From: an uncultured SAR86 cluster bacterium
GTDB lineage: Bacteria > Pseudomonadota > Gammaproteobacteria > Magnimaribacterales > D2472
Direction: 5' to 3'
Assembly (NCBI GenBank): GCA_964275345.1
Contig: CAXYBK010000003.1
Location: forward strand, 569,636-633,635
DNA length: 64,000 nt
The notes under the pieces: generated by a model
Databases searched by the model: none
What the model saw: the letters and a program-made list of their open reading frames with translations, nothing else
What the model was told of the DNA's origin: nothing
Translations under genes and position numbers: made by a program
Shown: piece by piece, positions 38,821-50,743 of the stretch
How the letters are laid out: every line of letters starts with the position of its first letter
Position numbering within the stretch: the stretch's first letter is position 1

Positions 38821-40039
38821 TTCTTCAAAAGAATCAAATATTGTAGTTGGCCTAGATATTGGGACTTCTAAGATTGTTTGTATTGTAGGTCAGTATGATT
38901 CACAGGATAATCTAGAAATTATTGCATTAGGGTCATATCCCTCCAGCGGCTTAAAAAAGGGCGTAGTTGTGAATATAGATGTCACAACTGATGCAATTCA
39001 AAAAGCAGTTGAGCAAGCTCAATCTATGATTGAAGAAAAAATTAAATCAGTCTTTGTTGGAATTGCAGGAAATCATATTAGAAGCTTCAATTCCCAAGGG
39101 ATAGAAGCTATTAAAGATAAAGAAGTCTCATCATCTGACATAGAAAGAGTAATTGAATCTGCTCAGGCCATTGCTATACCTTCAGATCAAAAAGTATTAC
39201 ATGTAATACCTCAAGAGTTTGTAATAGATGATCAGGATTGCATAAAGGATCCCCTAGGAATGTCTGGAGTAAGATTGGAAGCAAGGGTTCATTTGGTAAC
39301 ATGTTCGAACAATGCAGTTATGAATATTGAAAAATGTGTAAAAAATTGTGATCTTAAAGTTGAAGGTTATGTACTTGAACAATTAGCAAGTTCTCACTCA
39401 ATACTATCTGATGACGAAAAAGACCTTGGAGTTTGTTTAGTAGATATTGGAGGAGGAACCACTGACATAGCAATTTTTCAAGCTGGCTCAATTGGTTTTA
39501 CAGGAAATATTCCAATTGCTGGAGATATGGTAACTAATGACATTGCAGTTGCTTTAAGGACCCCAACACCAGAAGCTGAAGATATTAAACAAAGACAAGG
39601 TTGTGCAGTCCCAGAATTTACTAATGATGAAGAGGTTATAGAAGTGAGAGGAGTTGGTGGAAGACCTCCAACTGAGCTTGCAAGAAGAACCTTAGCAGGC
39701 TTTATAGAGCCTAGATATATTGAGTTATGTCAATTAGTTAAAGCTGAAATAAGCAGAAATGGATTTGAAGATAAAATCCCAGCTGGAATTGTATTAACTG
39801 GTGGTACATCAAAGATGGAGGGCGTTGTTGAATTGGCTGAGTCAATATTCCAAACAAGTGTAAGACTAGGAGTTCCTTCTAAATTTCAAGGTATGGAAAA
39901 TATTCTTCAAAATCCAATATATGCAACGTCAATTGGTTTAGTGTCGCATGGACATATTCAGAAGAAGGATAACTATATCCTAGAAAATAACCAAAGCCTT
40001 ATTTCAAAGTTTTTAAATTGGGCTAAAGGTGAGTATTGA
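38810..40039 (+). CDS. ftsA: Cell division protein FtsA
   Basis: 409 aa. Actin-fold motifs VGLDIGTSKI, DIGGGTTDIA, LTGGTS. Confidence 0.95.
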   Translation: MASNSSKESNIVVGLDIGTSKIVCIVGQYDSQDNLEIIALGSYPSSGLKKGVVVNIDVTTDAIQKAVEQAQSMIEEKIKSVFVGIAGNHIRSFNSQGIEAIKDKEVSSSDIERVIESAQAIAIPSDQKVLHVIPQEFVIDDQDCIKDPLGMSGVRLEARVHLVTCSNNAVMNIEKCVKNCDLKVEGYVLEQLASSHSILSDDEKDLGVCLVDIGGGTTDIAIFQAGSIGFTGNIPIAGDMVTNDIAVALRTPTPEAEDIKQRQGCAVPEFTNDEEVIEVRGVGGRPPTELARRTLAGFIEPRYIELCQLVKAEISRNGFEDKIPAGIVLTGGTSKMEGVVELAESIFQTSVRLGVPSKFQGMENILQNPIYATSIGLVSHGHIQKKDNYILENNQSLISKFLNWAKGEY

Positions 40040-40064
40040 TTGTAAAAAACAATTACATTAGAAT
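40036..40064 (+). promoter_or_regulatory. Candidate sigma-70 promoter of the rpsF-rpsR-rplI operon
   Basis: TTGATT (about 40036..40041, overlapping the ftsA stop), 17 nt, then TAGAAT (about 40059..40064). This leaves a leader of about 50 nt before the rpsF ATG. Confidence 0.4.
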
Positions 40065-40118
40065 GCACCCTCCTTGGTTTTCTTAAGTAAAAGGAAATCT
40101 TTAACCAAAAGGTAAAAT

Positions 40119-40571
40119 ATGAACAATTACGAAACAATATTAATAATTAATCCCAACCTTTCTTCTAAGGTAGGCGATTTTCAGAAGAAATTCGAAAAGC
40201 TACTTTCAGACAATTCATTTGAAGTTAAGAAAGTTGAAGATATTGGAAGAAGGCAATTAGCTTATTCTATTAACAACCACCATAAAGGCCATTACTTGTT
40301 ATATCGCATGCAAGGTGATCCTCAGAATATTGCTGAAATAGAAACAAAAATTAAATATGATGAAGCTATCATCAGACATCTTATTTTAGCCGTAAAAGAT
40401 TTATCGGGAGAGGATTCTGTTTTACTTACAGAAGCTCTAGAAAATAAGAATAAAAGAACAGAAATAGCTGATGAGGCACCAAAAAAAGAAGTAAAAAAAG
40501 AAGCTCCTAAAGAAGAAGCATCTAAAGAAGAATCTTCAAGTGCAGACAATAATGAAGAGGAGGTCTCTTAA
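40119..40571 (+). CDS. rpsF: 30S ribosomal protein S6 (with K/E-rich C-terminal extension)
   Basis: MNNYETILIINPNLS.., ..GRRQLAYSINNHHKGHYLLY... About 45-aa acidic/lysine-rich tail. Confidence 0.95.
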   Translation: MNNYETILIINPNLSSKVGDFQKKFEKLLSDNSFEVKKVEDIGRRQLAYSINNHHKGHYLLYRMQGDPQNIAEIETKIKYDEAIIRHLILAVKDLSGEDSVLLTEALENKNKRTEIADEAPKKEVKKEAPKEEASKEESSSADNNEEEVS

Positions 40572-40766
40572 ATGAAGAAGTTTCAATTACCAAATAATTT
40601 TGATTATAAAAATACAGATGTTTTAAGACAGTTTATTACTGAAACAGGAAAAATTGTACCAGCTCGAGTTACTGGTATATCCGCTTCAAATCAAAGAAAA
40701 GTTACTAAATCCATTAAGATTGCAAGGTTTTTAGCCTTACTTCCTTACACAGACATGCATCAATAA
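40572..40766 (+). CDS. rpsR: 30S ribosomal protein S18
   Basis: 64 aa. ..[46 protein letters not shown]. Confidence 0.95.
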   Translation: MKKFQLPNNFDYKNTDVLRQFITETGKIVPARVTGISASNQRKVTKSIKIARFLALLPYTDMHQ

Positions 40767-40768
40767 AA

Positions 40769-41215
40769 ATGAAGATTATATTACTAGACAGAATTCAAAG
40801 ACTTGGCGAAATTGGTGACGTGGTGGACGTTAAATCTGGCTATGCAAGGAATTTTCTTATTCCACAGAAAAAAGCTGCATTTGCTAGTGAAAAAAATATT
40901 GCAGAAGTTGAATCAAGAAAGGGTGAATTGGCAGCAGCATCAGCAGATGCCTTGGCACAGGCTCAAGGAAGAGCTGAAGCAATGGAAGGAGCTTCTTGTG
41001 AGATTAAGGTACCTGTAACTGAAGAGGGCGCATTATATGGTTCAGTAGGCACTAGAGAAATTGCTGACGCTTTCGTAGCTTCAGAAATAAATGTTGATAA
41101 AAGCGAAGTTCAATTACCTGATGGCCCTATTAAAGAACAAGGCGATCATAATGTATTTATAGCACTTCATCCTGAAGTTTCTGTTGAAGTTTTAGTTAAA
41201 GTATTGCCTGAGTAG
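40769..41215 (+). CDS. rplI: 50S ribosomal protein L9
   Basis: 148 aa. MKIILLDRIQRLGEIGDVVDVKSGYARNFLIPQKKA. Confidence 0.95.
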   Translation: MKIILLDRIQRLGEIGDVVDVKSGYARNFLIPQKKAAFASEKNIAEVESRKGELAAASADALAQAQGRAEAMEGASCEIKVPVTEEGALYGSVGTREIADAFVASEINVDKSEVQLPDGPIKEQGDHNVFIALHPEVSVEVLVKVLPE

Positions 41216-41252
41216 TTGTGTATTTTAAAATATGATGTAAAAATCATGTTGC

Positions 41253-42626
41253 ATGTCTGAATTAATACTAAACATAAACGAACAAGTCAGAGAGGCAGAA
41301 AGAGCTGTCTTGGGCGGCTTAATGCTAGAAACAGAAAGGTTTGATACCGTCACTCCCATTATTAATCACGAAGACTTTCAAGGAAAAGATCACCAGCTTA
41401 TCTATGAATCAATGTTTGAATTGATTGAAGAAAATAAACCTCTTGATCCAATAACCGTTTCAGAAAAACTAGATAACAAAAATTTACTTAACAAAATTGG
41501 CGGAAAGAACTATCTTATTGAATTAGCAACTAGTACGCCTACAGCAGCAAATATTGAGGCGTATGCAGAAATAGTTAGACAAAGATCAATTACTCGACAG
41601 TTAATGAAAACTAACTCTGAGATAGCCGAACTAATAAATAATCCTCAAGGTCAAGATGGAGCTAGCTTACTAAATGAAGCTGAAAGAAAGATTTTTGCTC
41701 TTAATGAACAAGCAAGTTTATCTGATAGTGCGATGCAGTCCATGCATGAACTTATACCTGCAACAATGGATAGACTTCATCAGTTATCTAAAATGGGGAA
41801 AGGAAATATTATTGGAAACTCTACAGGTTTTAAAGATTTAGATACAAAACTTCAAGGCGTTCAAAATGGTGATCTAATAGTAGTCGCCGGAAGACCAAGT
41901 ATGGGTAAAACCGCCTTTGCTATGAATTTAGCTGAGAATGTTCTTTTAAATGATGATAATGATGGAGCTGTTTTAATATTTAGTTTAGAAATGCCTGGAG
42001 AATCTTTAACTACAAGGTTACTTTCAGGAATGTGCAAGATTGACCAGCAAAAAGTTAGATCAGGCATGCTAAAAGATAATGAGTTAAAGCAGATATTTCA
42101 AGAAGGTGAAAAGCTTAAAGATAAACCTTTATACATTGACGACAGTTCAGTTTTATCACCAATGGAACTTCTAGCTAAGTCTAGAAGATTGCATAGATCT
42201 GAAGAAAACGGACTATCACTTATTGTTGTTGACTACCTTCAGCTTATGCAGGTTCCAGGATCAACTGAGAATAGGGTTAATCAAATTTCCGAAATTTCAC
42301 GATCTCTAAAGTCACTTGCAAGGGAACTTAATGTTCCTGTAATAGCACTATCTCAGCTTAATAGGGGTGTTGATTCTAGACCAAATAGAAGACCTATTAT
42401 GTCTGACCTAAGAGATTCAGGTGCTATTGAGCAGGATGCTGATGTAATTTTATTTCTTTATAGGGATGAGGTTTATAACGAAGATTCTGACCAGGGAAAC
42501 AAAGCTGAAGTTATTATTGGTAAGCAAAGGAATGGACCTATTGGAACTTGCTATCTAACTTTCTTGAAGGAATATACACGATTCGAAAACTTTTCAAATG
42601 ATGGATTTTACGATTCATTTGAATGA
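41253..42626 (+). CDS. dnaB: Replicative DNA helicase DnaB
   Basis: 457 aa. ..EAERAVLGGLM.., Walker A AGRPSMGKTAF, ..LIVVDYLQLM.., ..LSQLNR.., ..LRDSGAIEQDADV... Confidence 0.96.
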   Translation: MSELILNINEQVREAERAVLGGLMLETERFDTVTPIINHEDFQGKDHQLIYESMFELIEENKPLDPITVSEKLDNKNLLNKIGGKNYLIELATSTPTAANIEAYAEIVRQRSITRQLMKTNSEIAELINNPQGQDGASLLNEAERKIFALNEQASLSDSAMQSMHELIPATMDRLHQLSKMGKGNIIGNSTGFKDLDTKLQGVQNGDLIVVAGRPSMGKTAFAMNLAENVLLNDDNDGAVLIFSLEMPGESLTTRLLSGMCKIDQQKVRSGMLKDNELKQIFQEGEKLKDKPLYIDDSSVLSPMELLAKSRRLHRSEENGLSLIVVDYLQLMQVPGSTENRVNQISEISRSLKSLARELNVPVIALSQLNRGVDSRPNRRPIMSDLRDSGAIEQDADVILFLYRDEVYNEDSDQGNKAEVIIGKQRNGPIGTCYLTFLKEYTRFENFSNDGFYDSFE

Positions 42627-43675
42627 AGGAACCATCTGCAGAACTCACAATTGATATAAATATTATTCGAAATAATATTGTCTATTTAAAATCATTTCTT
42701 AATCCAAGTACTAAATTTATGGCTGTATTAAAAGCCAATGCCTATGGACATGGTCTAGAAAAAATTGCTGAAGGTATAAATGATATTGTAGATGGTTATG
42801 GACTGGTTCGAATTGAAGAAGCCCTTAATGTAAGGAAATTTTCAAATAAAAAAATACTTTTGATGCAGGGGTTATATAACAAAGATGACTTAGATCTGGC
42901 TACTGAAAATAATTTTGATACAGTTGTTCACAATCAAGATCAATTATTTATTTTAGATAATGAGATTATTCATTCATGGGTGAAAGTTAATACTGGAATG
43001 AATCGATTAGGGTTTTCACCCAAAGAATTTTTTAAAATTTACGAAAGTAGATTGATTAATAGAGAATTTACATTAATGTCTCATCTGGCTTGTTCAGATA
43101 ATCCTTCCGATGAATTAAATTTAAAACAATTTAGTTCATTTGACGATATTTCAAAATCACTAAAAAAAATCATTCCAAAAAGTATTGCCAATACAGGCTG
43201 CATATTAAATTTTCCTCAAAAAAATTTTGATTGGGTTAGATCAGGCATTGGTTTATATGGTGGATTTATCGGGAATGATATTCTGGAATCAGCTATGACA
43301 TTTAGATCACAGATTATTGAAATAAAAAATATAAGAAAAGGCGACAGGGTTGGCTATAACGGAAGAGCAACAGCGCCACATGATATGAATATAGCAATTG
43401 TTTATGCAGGTTATGCAGATGGCCTCCCTCAAGCGACATTTGATAATACAAAGGTTTTGATAAATAACATTTCAGCAAATATTTTTGGTCAGGTAAGCAT
43501 GGATTTACTCTCTATAGACATTACAAATATTCCAAACTCCAAGATTGGTGATTGGTGTATTTTTTGGGATAAAAATAATTCTATTAAAAACTTAGCAACG
43601 AGAAATAATTTGATTTCATATGAACTTATGACTAGGATAAGTCCAAGAGTAAAAGTTATTTATAAAAATTCATGA
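42623..43675 (+). CDS. alr: Alanine racemase
   Basis: 350 aa. PLP-lysine motif AVLKANAYGHG. ..VKVNTGMNRLGF... Conserved dnaB-alr adjacency. Confidence 0.9.
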   Translation: MKEPSAELTIDINIIRNNIVYLKSFLNPSTKFMAVLKANAYGHGLEKIAEGINDIVDGYGLVRIEEALNVRKFSNKKILLMQGLYNKDDLDLATENNFDTVVHNQDQLFILDNEIIHSWVKVNTGMNRLGFSPKEFFKIYESRLINREFTLMSHLACSDNPSDELNLKQFSSFDDISKSLKKIIPKSIANTGCILNFPQKNFDWVRSGIGLYGGFIGNDILESAMTFRSQIIEIKNIRKGDRVGYNGRATAPHDMNIAIVYAGYADGLPQATFDNTKVLINNISANIFGQVSMDLLSIDITNIPNSKIGDWCIFWDKNNSIKNLATRNNLISYELMTRISPRVKVIYKNS

Positions 43676-44751
43676 AAATTAATTACATACAAGAAAATTT
43701 ACGAAAGATTACCTATGAGGAAGATCTTCCTGAGTACATGACTGAAAAGCATGCTGAAGACATAGCTGAGGTATTTCATACACCACTCCAGGGAACCTAT
43801 AACTGGGATTATAGAATCCAAGATAATAGGATTAAAAGATTATATGAATTAGGTAAAGAATTAAATTGGAATGTTGAAATGGACATTGATTGGAATAGAC
43901 CATATGAAGAACTTAAGGAGCCATATCCTATCTTTTGGGACGACTACCCGCCTTACCAAAAAATGACTGACAAAAAGAAAGTTGAATTTTTAAGGCATAG
44001 ACAAGCATGGAGCATGAGCCAATTTTTACACGGAGAACAAGGTGCTGTTTTAGTTGCCTCGCAGCTAACGAGTTGCGCCCCTACTTTTAATGCAAAACTA
44101 TATGCTGCATCACAAACTTTTGATGAGGCTAGACATGTCGAAGCATTTAATAAATATATTCAAACTAGAACAAAGTTAATGTATCCAGTTGGCAATGAGC
44201 TTAAATCAATTCTTGACAAAATTCTTACAGATGAAAGATGGGATCTTAAATTTATTGGTATGCAAATTATTATTGAAGGTTTAGCATTAGCAGCATTTCA
44301 ATCCTCTCGAGACTTAACTCCGGATCCAGTGTTAAAAGATATGCTTGGATTAATAATAAGAGACGAAGCAAGACATGTAACTTTTGGTGTTAACTACCTA
44401 GAAGATTTTATATCAACTTTATCTGAAGATCAGATAGAGGAGAGGGCTCAGTTTGCATATGAGGCCTGTTTGTTAAGCCGTGAGAGACTTGTATCAAATG
44501 ATGTTTTTGATCATTTTGGATGGGATAAAGAAGAATCACGAATATTTCAACAATCTTCAGATATTACTAAAATGTTTCAAAAATTACTCTTCCAAAGAAT
44601 TGTACCTAATCTATCTAGAATTGGTCTTTTAACTGATTCTGTAAGAGGAAAGTTCGATAAACTTGGATTACTTGAGTATGAAGATGCTCAGAGTGATATC
44701 GATGTAGATTGGGCTGATTTATCTAGACCTTTATTTGAAGATTCTGCTTAA
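43672..44751 (+). CDS. Ferritin-like di-iron carboxylate protein (AurF / R2-like oxidase superfamily), function unknown
   Basis: 359 aa with the duplicated di-iron signature E...ExxH: ..LHGEQGAV..(about 40 aa)..FDEARHVEAF.. and ..IIIEGLALAAF..(about 30 aa)..IRDEARHVTFG... No signal peptide. Confidence 0.55.
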   Translation: MKINYIQENLRKITYEEDLPEYMTEKHAEDIAEVFHTPLQGTYNWDYRIQDNRIKRLYELGKELNWNVEMDIDWNRPYEELKEPYPIFWDDYPPYQKMTDKKKVEFLRHRQAWSMSQFLHGEQGAVLVASQLTSCAPTFNAKLYAASQTFDEARHVEAFNKYIQTRTKLMYPVGNELKSILDKILTDERWDLKFIGMQIIIEGLALAAFQSSRDLTPDPVLKDMLGLIIRDEARHVTFGVNYLEDFISTLSEDQIEERAQFAYEACLLSRERLVSNDVFDHFGWDKEESRIFQQSSDITKMFQKLLFQRIVPNLSRIGLLTDSVRGKFDKLGLLEYEDAQSDIDVDWADLSRPLFEDSA

Positions 44752-44800
44752 TTATATTTATCAATCAGTAATTATCTGATATTCTGTTATCCCATCATAA

Positions 44801-47280
<2,480 letters not shown>

Positions 47281-47285
47281 AGTTA

Positions 47286-48560
47286 ATGTCAAAAATATCA
47301 TCAATAAAAGCGATTCAGGTATTAGATTCAAGAGGCCTCCCTACTGTTGCATGCAGAATAACACTAGATAACTCATTAACTGCCGGAGTGATGGTTCCAA
47401 GTGGAGCTTCAACAGGAGCTAAAGAGGCAATTGAGTTGAGAGATGGTTTGGATGCATATATGGGTAAGGGCGTTCTTAAAGCAGTAAGCAACATCAATGA
47501 AATTATAAGTCCTGTTCTTATTGGTCTAAATCCATTAGATCAAGAAAGAATTGATTATCAATTAATTAAATTGGATGGAACAGAAGATAAATCAAACTTA
47601 GGTGCGAATGCAATCTTAGCTGTTTCCCTGGCTATTTGCAGAGTTGCCGCAAAGGATGTAGATAAAAGTCTACATAAATATTTTGCTGATATTTTTAAAG
47701 ATATTACAGGGAATTCAGTAGAGCCCAGCCTACCCATGCCAATGCTAAATATCCTTAATGGCGGAGAGCATGCTGATAATAATATTGATATTCAAGAATT
47801 TATGGTTATTCCTAAAGGAGCAAAAGATTTTAAACAAGCAATGAGATGGTCTTCAGAAGTATATTGGAATCTTAAAAAAATATTAAAAGAAAAATCTTTA
47901 TCTACAGCCGTTGGAGATGAAGGAGGCTTTGCTCCTAACCTTAAGTCAAATGAAGAAGCAATTAAATTAATTCTTGAATCTATAGAAAGATCTAATCTTG
48001 AGCCTGGCAAAGATATTTTTTTAGCTTTAGATTGCGCTGCTAGTGAGTTTTATAAAGATGGCGTCTACCAGCTAGCTGGAGAAGGAAGAAGCTTGGATTC
48101 TAAATCATTTGCTAACTATCTTGAAGATTTAGTCGATAATTATCCAATTATTTCTATAGAAGATGGAATGGATGAAAATGATTTTGAGGGTTGGAGAGTT
48201 CTCACTGAAAAGATAGGATCAAAATGTCAGCTTGTAGGAGATGACTTATTTGTTACCAATAAAAAAATATTTCAACAAGGCATTGATCAAGGGTTAGGTA
48301 ACTCTATTCTAATTAAGTTTAATCAAATTGGATCAATTACAGAGACTATTGAAACTATTAATCTTGCTAATAAAAATAATTATAAATCGATAATATCTCA
48401 TCGATCAGGTGAAACTGAAGATACTACAATTTCGGATCTCGCTGTTGGTTTAGGAGCTGGACAAATTAAGACAGGCGCTCCATGCCGTTCAGATAGAGTT
48501 GCAAAATATAATCGTCTGCTATGGATAGAAGATGAATGCTCTGATTTAAAGATCGGCTAA
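47286..48560 (+). CDS. eno: Enolase
   Basis: 424 aa. ..VLDSRG.PTV.., ..SGASTG..EA.ELRD.., ..[17 protein letters not shown]... Confidence 0.97.
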   Translation: MSKISSIKAIQVLDSRGLPTVACRITLDNSLTAGVMVPSGASTGAKEAIELRDGLDAYMGKGVLKAVSNINEIISPVLIGLNPLDQERIDYQLIKLDGTEDKSNLGANAILAVSLAICRVAAKDVDKSLHKYFADIFKDITGNSVEPSLPMPMLNILNGGEHADNNIDIQEFMVIPKGAKDFKQAMRWSSEVYWNLKKILKEKSLSTAVGDEGGFAPNLKSNEEAIKLILESIERSNLEPGKDIFLALDCAASEFYKDGVYQLAGEGRSLDSKSFANYLEDLVDNYPIISIEDGMDENDFEGWRVLTEKIGSKCQLVGDDLFVTNKKIFQQGIDQGLGNSILIKFNQIGSITETIETINLANKNNYKSIISHRSGETEDTTISDLAVGLGAGQIKTGAPCRSDRVAKYNRLLWIEDECSDLKIG

Positions 48561-48862
48561 TGAAAAGGCTATCTCTTTTTATTTTATTATCAATAATAAT
48601 TTTAATCCTTTTATATAATTTATTAATTAGCTCAAGTGGTTATAAGGAAAGAGAGAATTTAATGAATGAAAATGATGAGCTTTCTATAAAAAATAAACAC
48701 CTAATAGATAGCAATGAGGAATTAAGATTCGAAATTATAAATGCTCAAGATAGTGAAGAGCATATTGAAAACTATGCTAGAGAAAATCTAAATCTTTCTA
48801 TGCCAGATGAAAAATTTATAAAATTTAACGAAAAAGATACAAATGAAGAAAATGAAGAATAA
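48560..48862 (+). CDS. ftsB: Cell division protein FtsB
   Basis: 100 aa. N-terminal TM plus a coiled coil (..NENDELSIKNKHLIDSNEELRFEI..) and ..IENYARENLNL... Conserved eno-ftsB-ispD order. Confidence 0.8.
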   Translation: MKRLSLFILLSIIILILLYNLLISSSGYKERENLMNENDELSIKNKHLIDSNEELRFEIINAQDSEEHIENYARENLNLSMPDEKFIKFNEKDTNEENEE

Positions 48863-50000
48863 AATTTTAGCTATTATTCCAGCTGCAGGAATAGGAGAGA
48901 GATTCTTATCAAATGAACCTAAGCAATATTTTAAAGTTGATGATTCTACTCTAATCGAAAAAACAATATCAATTTTTAGCTCCTGTGAATTAATTTCTAA
49001 AATTATTATTCCCATTCACCAAGATGATAAAAATATTCAAGACCAAGATTTTTATAATAACTCAAATATAAAATATGTTGATGGCGGTGAGACCAGAGCT
49101 AAATCTGTTTTAAATGCTCTTGAAAGCGAAGATTTGACACATTATGACTTTATATTAACGCATGATGTGGCTAGACCTAATATCTCTGAGGAGGATATTA
49201 GAACTCTTATAGAAGAAATTCAAAATAAAGGTGCAGACTGCTCATTTTTCTATACTCCTATTAGTGAATCAATTAAAAAGATTTCTAGCAAAGAAGATAT
49301 AACATTAAATAAGGAGGACTATTATCTAGTCCAAACTCCTCAAATTTGTAATACCGAAAAACTCTATACAGCTTTAAAGACCTGCGTAAAAGATGGAATT
49401 AATATTCCTGATGAATCTTTTGTAATGGAAAAGATGAACTATGTATTAACAAGAATTAAAGGAAGCTCGGCAAATATCAAGGTTACATATCCTGAAGATA
49501 TTGATTTATTGAAGAAATTTAATACTAGGGTAGGGACAGGATTTGATTTACATACCTATTTACCTGGAAATGGATTTTTATTAGGCGGATATTTTATTGA
49601 ATGCGATCATTCAATAAATGCCCACTCAGATGGTGATGTTTTATTACATTCAATTGCTGATGCTATTTTAGGAGCAAGCGCACTAGGAGACATTGGAATT
49701 TTCTTTACAGATACTGATGCTGCAAATAAAAATTTAGATAGTAAAACCATTATTGATTTTTGTTTAGAGGAAATATCTAAATTAGATTTAGAGATATTTA
49801 ATATTGATGTCACTATAATTTGTGAAACACCCAAAATATCTCCATCTAGACAAGCCATCCTTTCTTCACTTTCTAAAATTTTAAAAATTGATCAATCTAA
49901 TATTGGACTAAAAGCCACAACCTCAGAAAAGATTGGTATTATTGGCGAAAATAAAGCAATAGCTGTTCAAACTGCTCTAAACCTGATTACAAAAAAATGA
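48843..50000 (+). CDS. ispDF: Bifunctional IspD/IspF (MEP cytidylyltransferase fused to MEcPP synthase)
   Basis: Single 385-aa ORF. N-terminal half ILAIIPAAGIGERF.., ..THDVARP... C-terminal half RVGTGFDLHTY.., ..HSDGDVLLHSIADAILGA..LGDIG..F.DTD.., ..ATTSEKIG. No stop or frame change between the halves. Confidence 0.9.
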   Translation: MKKMKNKILAIIPAAGIGERFLSNEPKQYFKVDDSTLIEKTISIFSSCELISKIIIPIHQDDKNIQDQDFYNNSNIKYVDGGETRAKSVLNALESEDLTHYDFILTHDVARPNISEEDIRTLIEEIQNKGADCSFFYTPISESIKKISSKEDITLNKEDYYLVQTPQICNTEKLYTALKTCVKDGINIPDESFVMEKMNYVLTRIKGSSANIKVTYPEDIDLLKKFNTRVGTGFDLHTYLPGNGFLLGGYFIECDHSINAHSDGDVLLHSIADAILGASALGDIGIFFTDTDAANKNLDSKTIIDFCLEEISKLDLEIFNIDVTIICETPKISPSRQAILSSLSKILKIDQSNIGLKATTSEKIGIIGENKAIAVQTALNLITKK

Positions 50001-50743
50001 AAATATTACTGACAAATGATGATGGATATGATGCCCCGAATATAAAAAATTTATTTAAAGCATTATCAAAAAATCATGAGGTATGGATAGTTGCCCCAGC
50101 AAATAATTGCAGCGGGATGAGCGCAGCCATTTCTTTTTTAAAAGATACTGAAATAAAGAAGATTAATGATTACACTTTTGCAGTAGATGGAACCCCAGCA
50201 GATTGCACTTATTTTGGTTTATTAAGCGTCTTAGGCTTTGAGCCTGATATGGTTGTAGCAGGAATCAATCATGGCGCTAATCTTGGAAATGATGTTCTTT
50301 ATTCTGGAACTGTAGGCGCTGCAGTTGGCGGAAGAGCTTTAAAATTCCCACCAGTTGCTATATCAGTAGCGTCCTATAATGCAATTGATCCAGATTATAT
50401 TTCAAATAAATCTGCAGAAATTATAAATACAATTTTTGAAAATCCTGTCGATTTAGAAAATAAAGTTATAAATATCAATTTTCCTGATTTAATTAAATCT
50501 GAAGTTAAAGGGGTAAAGTTTACGAGACTTTCAAAAAGAGGCACTCCTGCTCAACCAGTTGAGATATCTTCCTCCAATGACTCAAAGACCTACAGATATA
50601 ATTTACAAGGAGAGGCAATAAAAGAATCTTATCTTTCTGATGTTGAAGCAGTTCAAGCTGGATACATTTCACTATCGATCTTAGACTATAACTTGACCAA
50701 AGCAGAAGAGAATAATGATCTTATTAATATACTTTGCCAATGA
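49997..50743 (+). CDS. surE: 5'/3'-nucleotidase SurE
   Basis: 248 aa. MKILLTNDDGYDAPNI.., ..GINHGANLGNDVLYSGTVGAA... Confidence 0.93.
   Translation: MKILLTNDDGYDAPNIKNLFKALSKNHEVWIVAPANNCSGMSAAISFLKDTEIKKINDYTFAVDGTPADCTYFGLLSVLGFEPDMVVAGINHGANLGNDVLYSGTVGAAVGGRALKFPPVAISVASYNAIDPDYISNKSAEIINTIFENPVDLENKVININFPDLIKSEVKGVKFTRLSKRGTPAQPVEISSSNDSKTYRYNLQGEAIKESYLSDVEAVQAGYISLSILDYNLTKAEENNDLINILCQ

Noticed and set aside
40440-40560. Repetitive AAAGAAG/AAAAAAG-rich DNA at the rpsF 3' end, and GCAGATGC repeats at about 58250..58370
   Set aside because: Both are in-frame coding low complexity (the K/E-rich S6 tail and the Ala-Asp repeats of the SPFH coiled coil). They are not tandem-repeat loci or CRISPR-like arrays.
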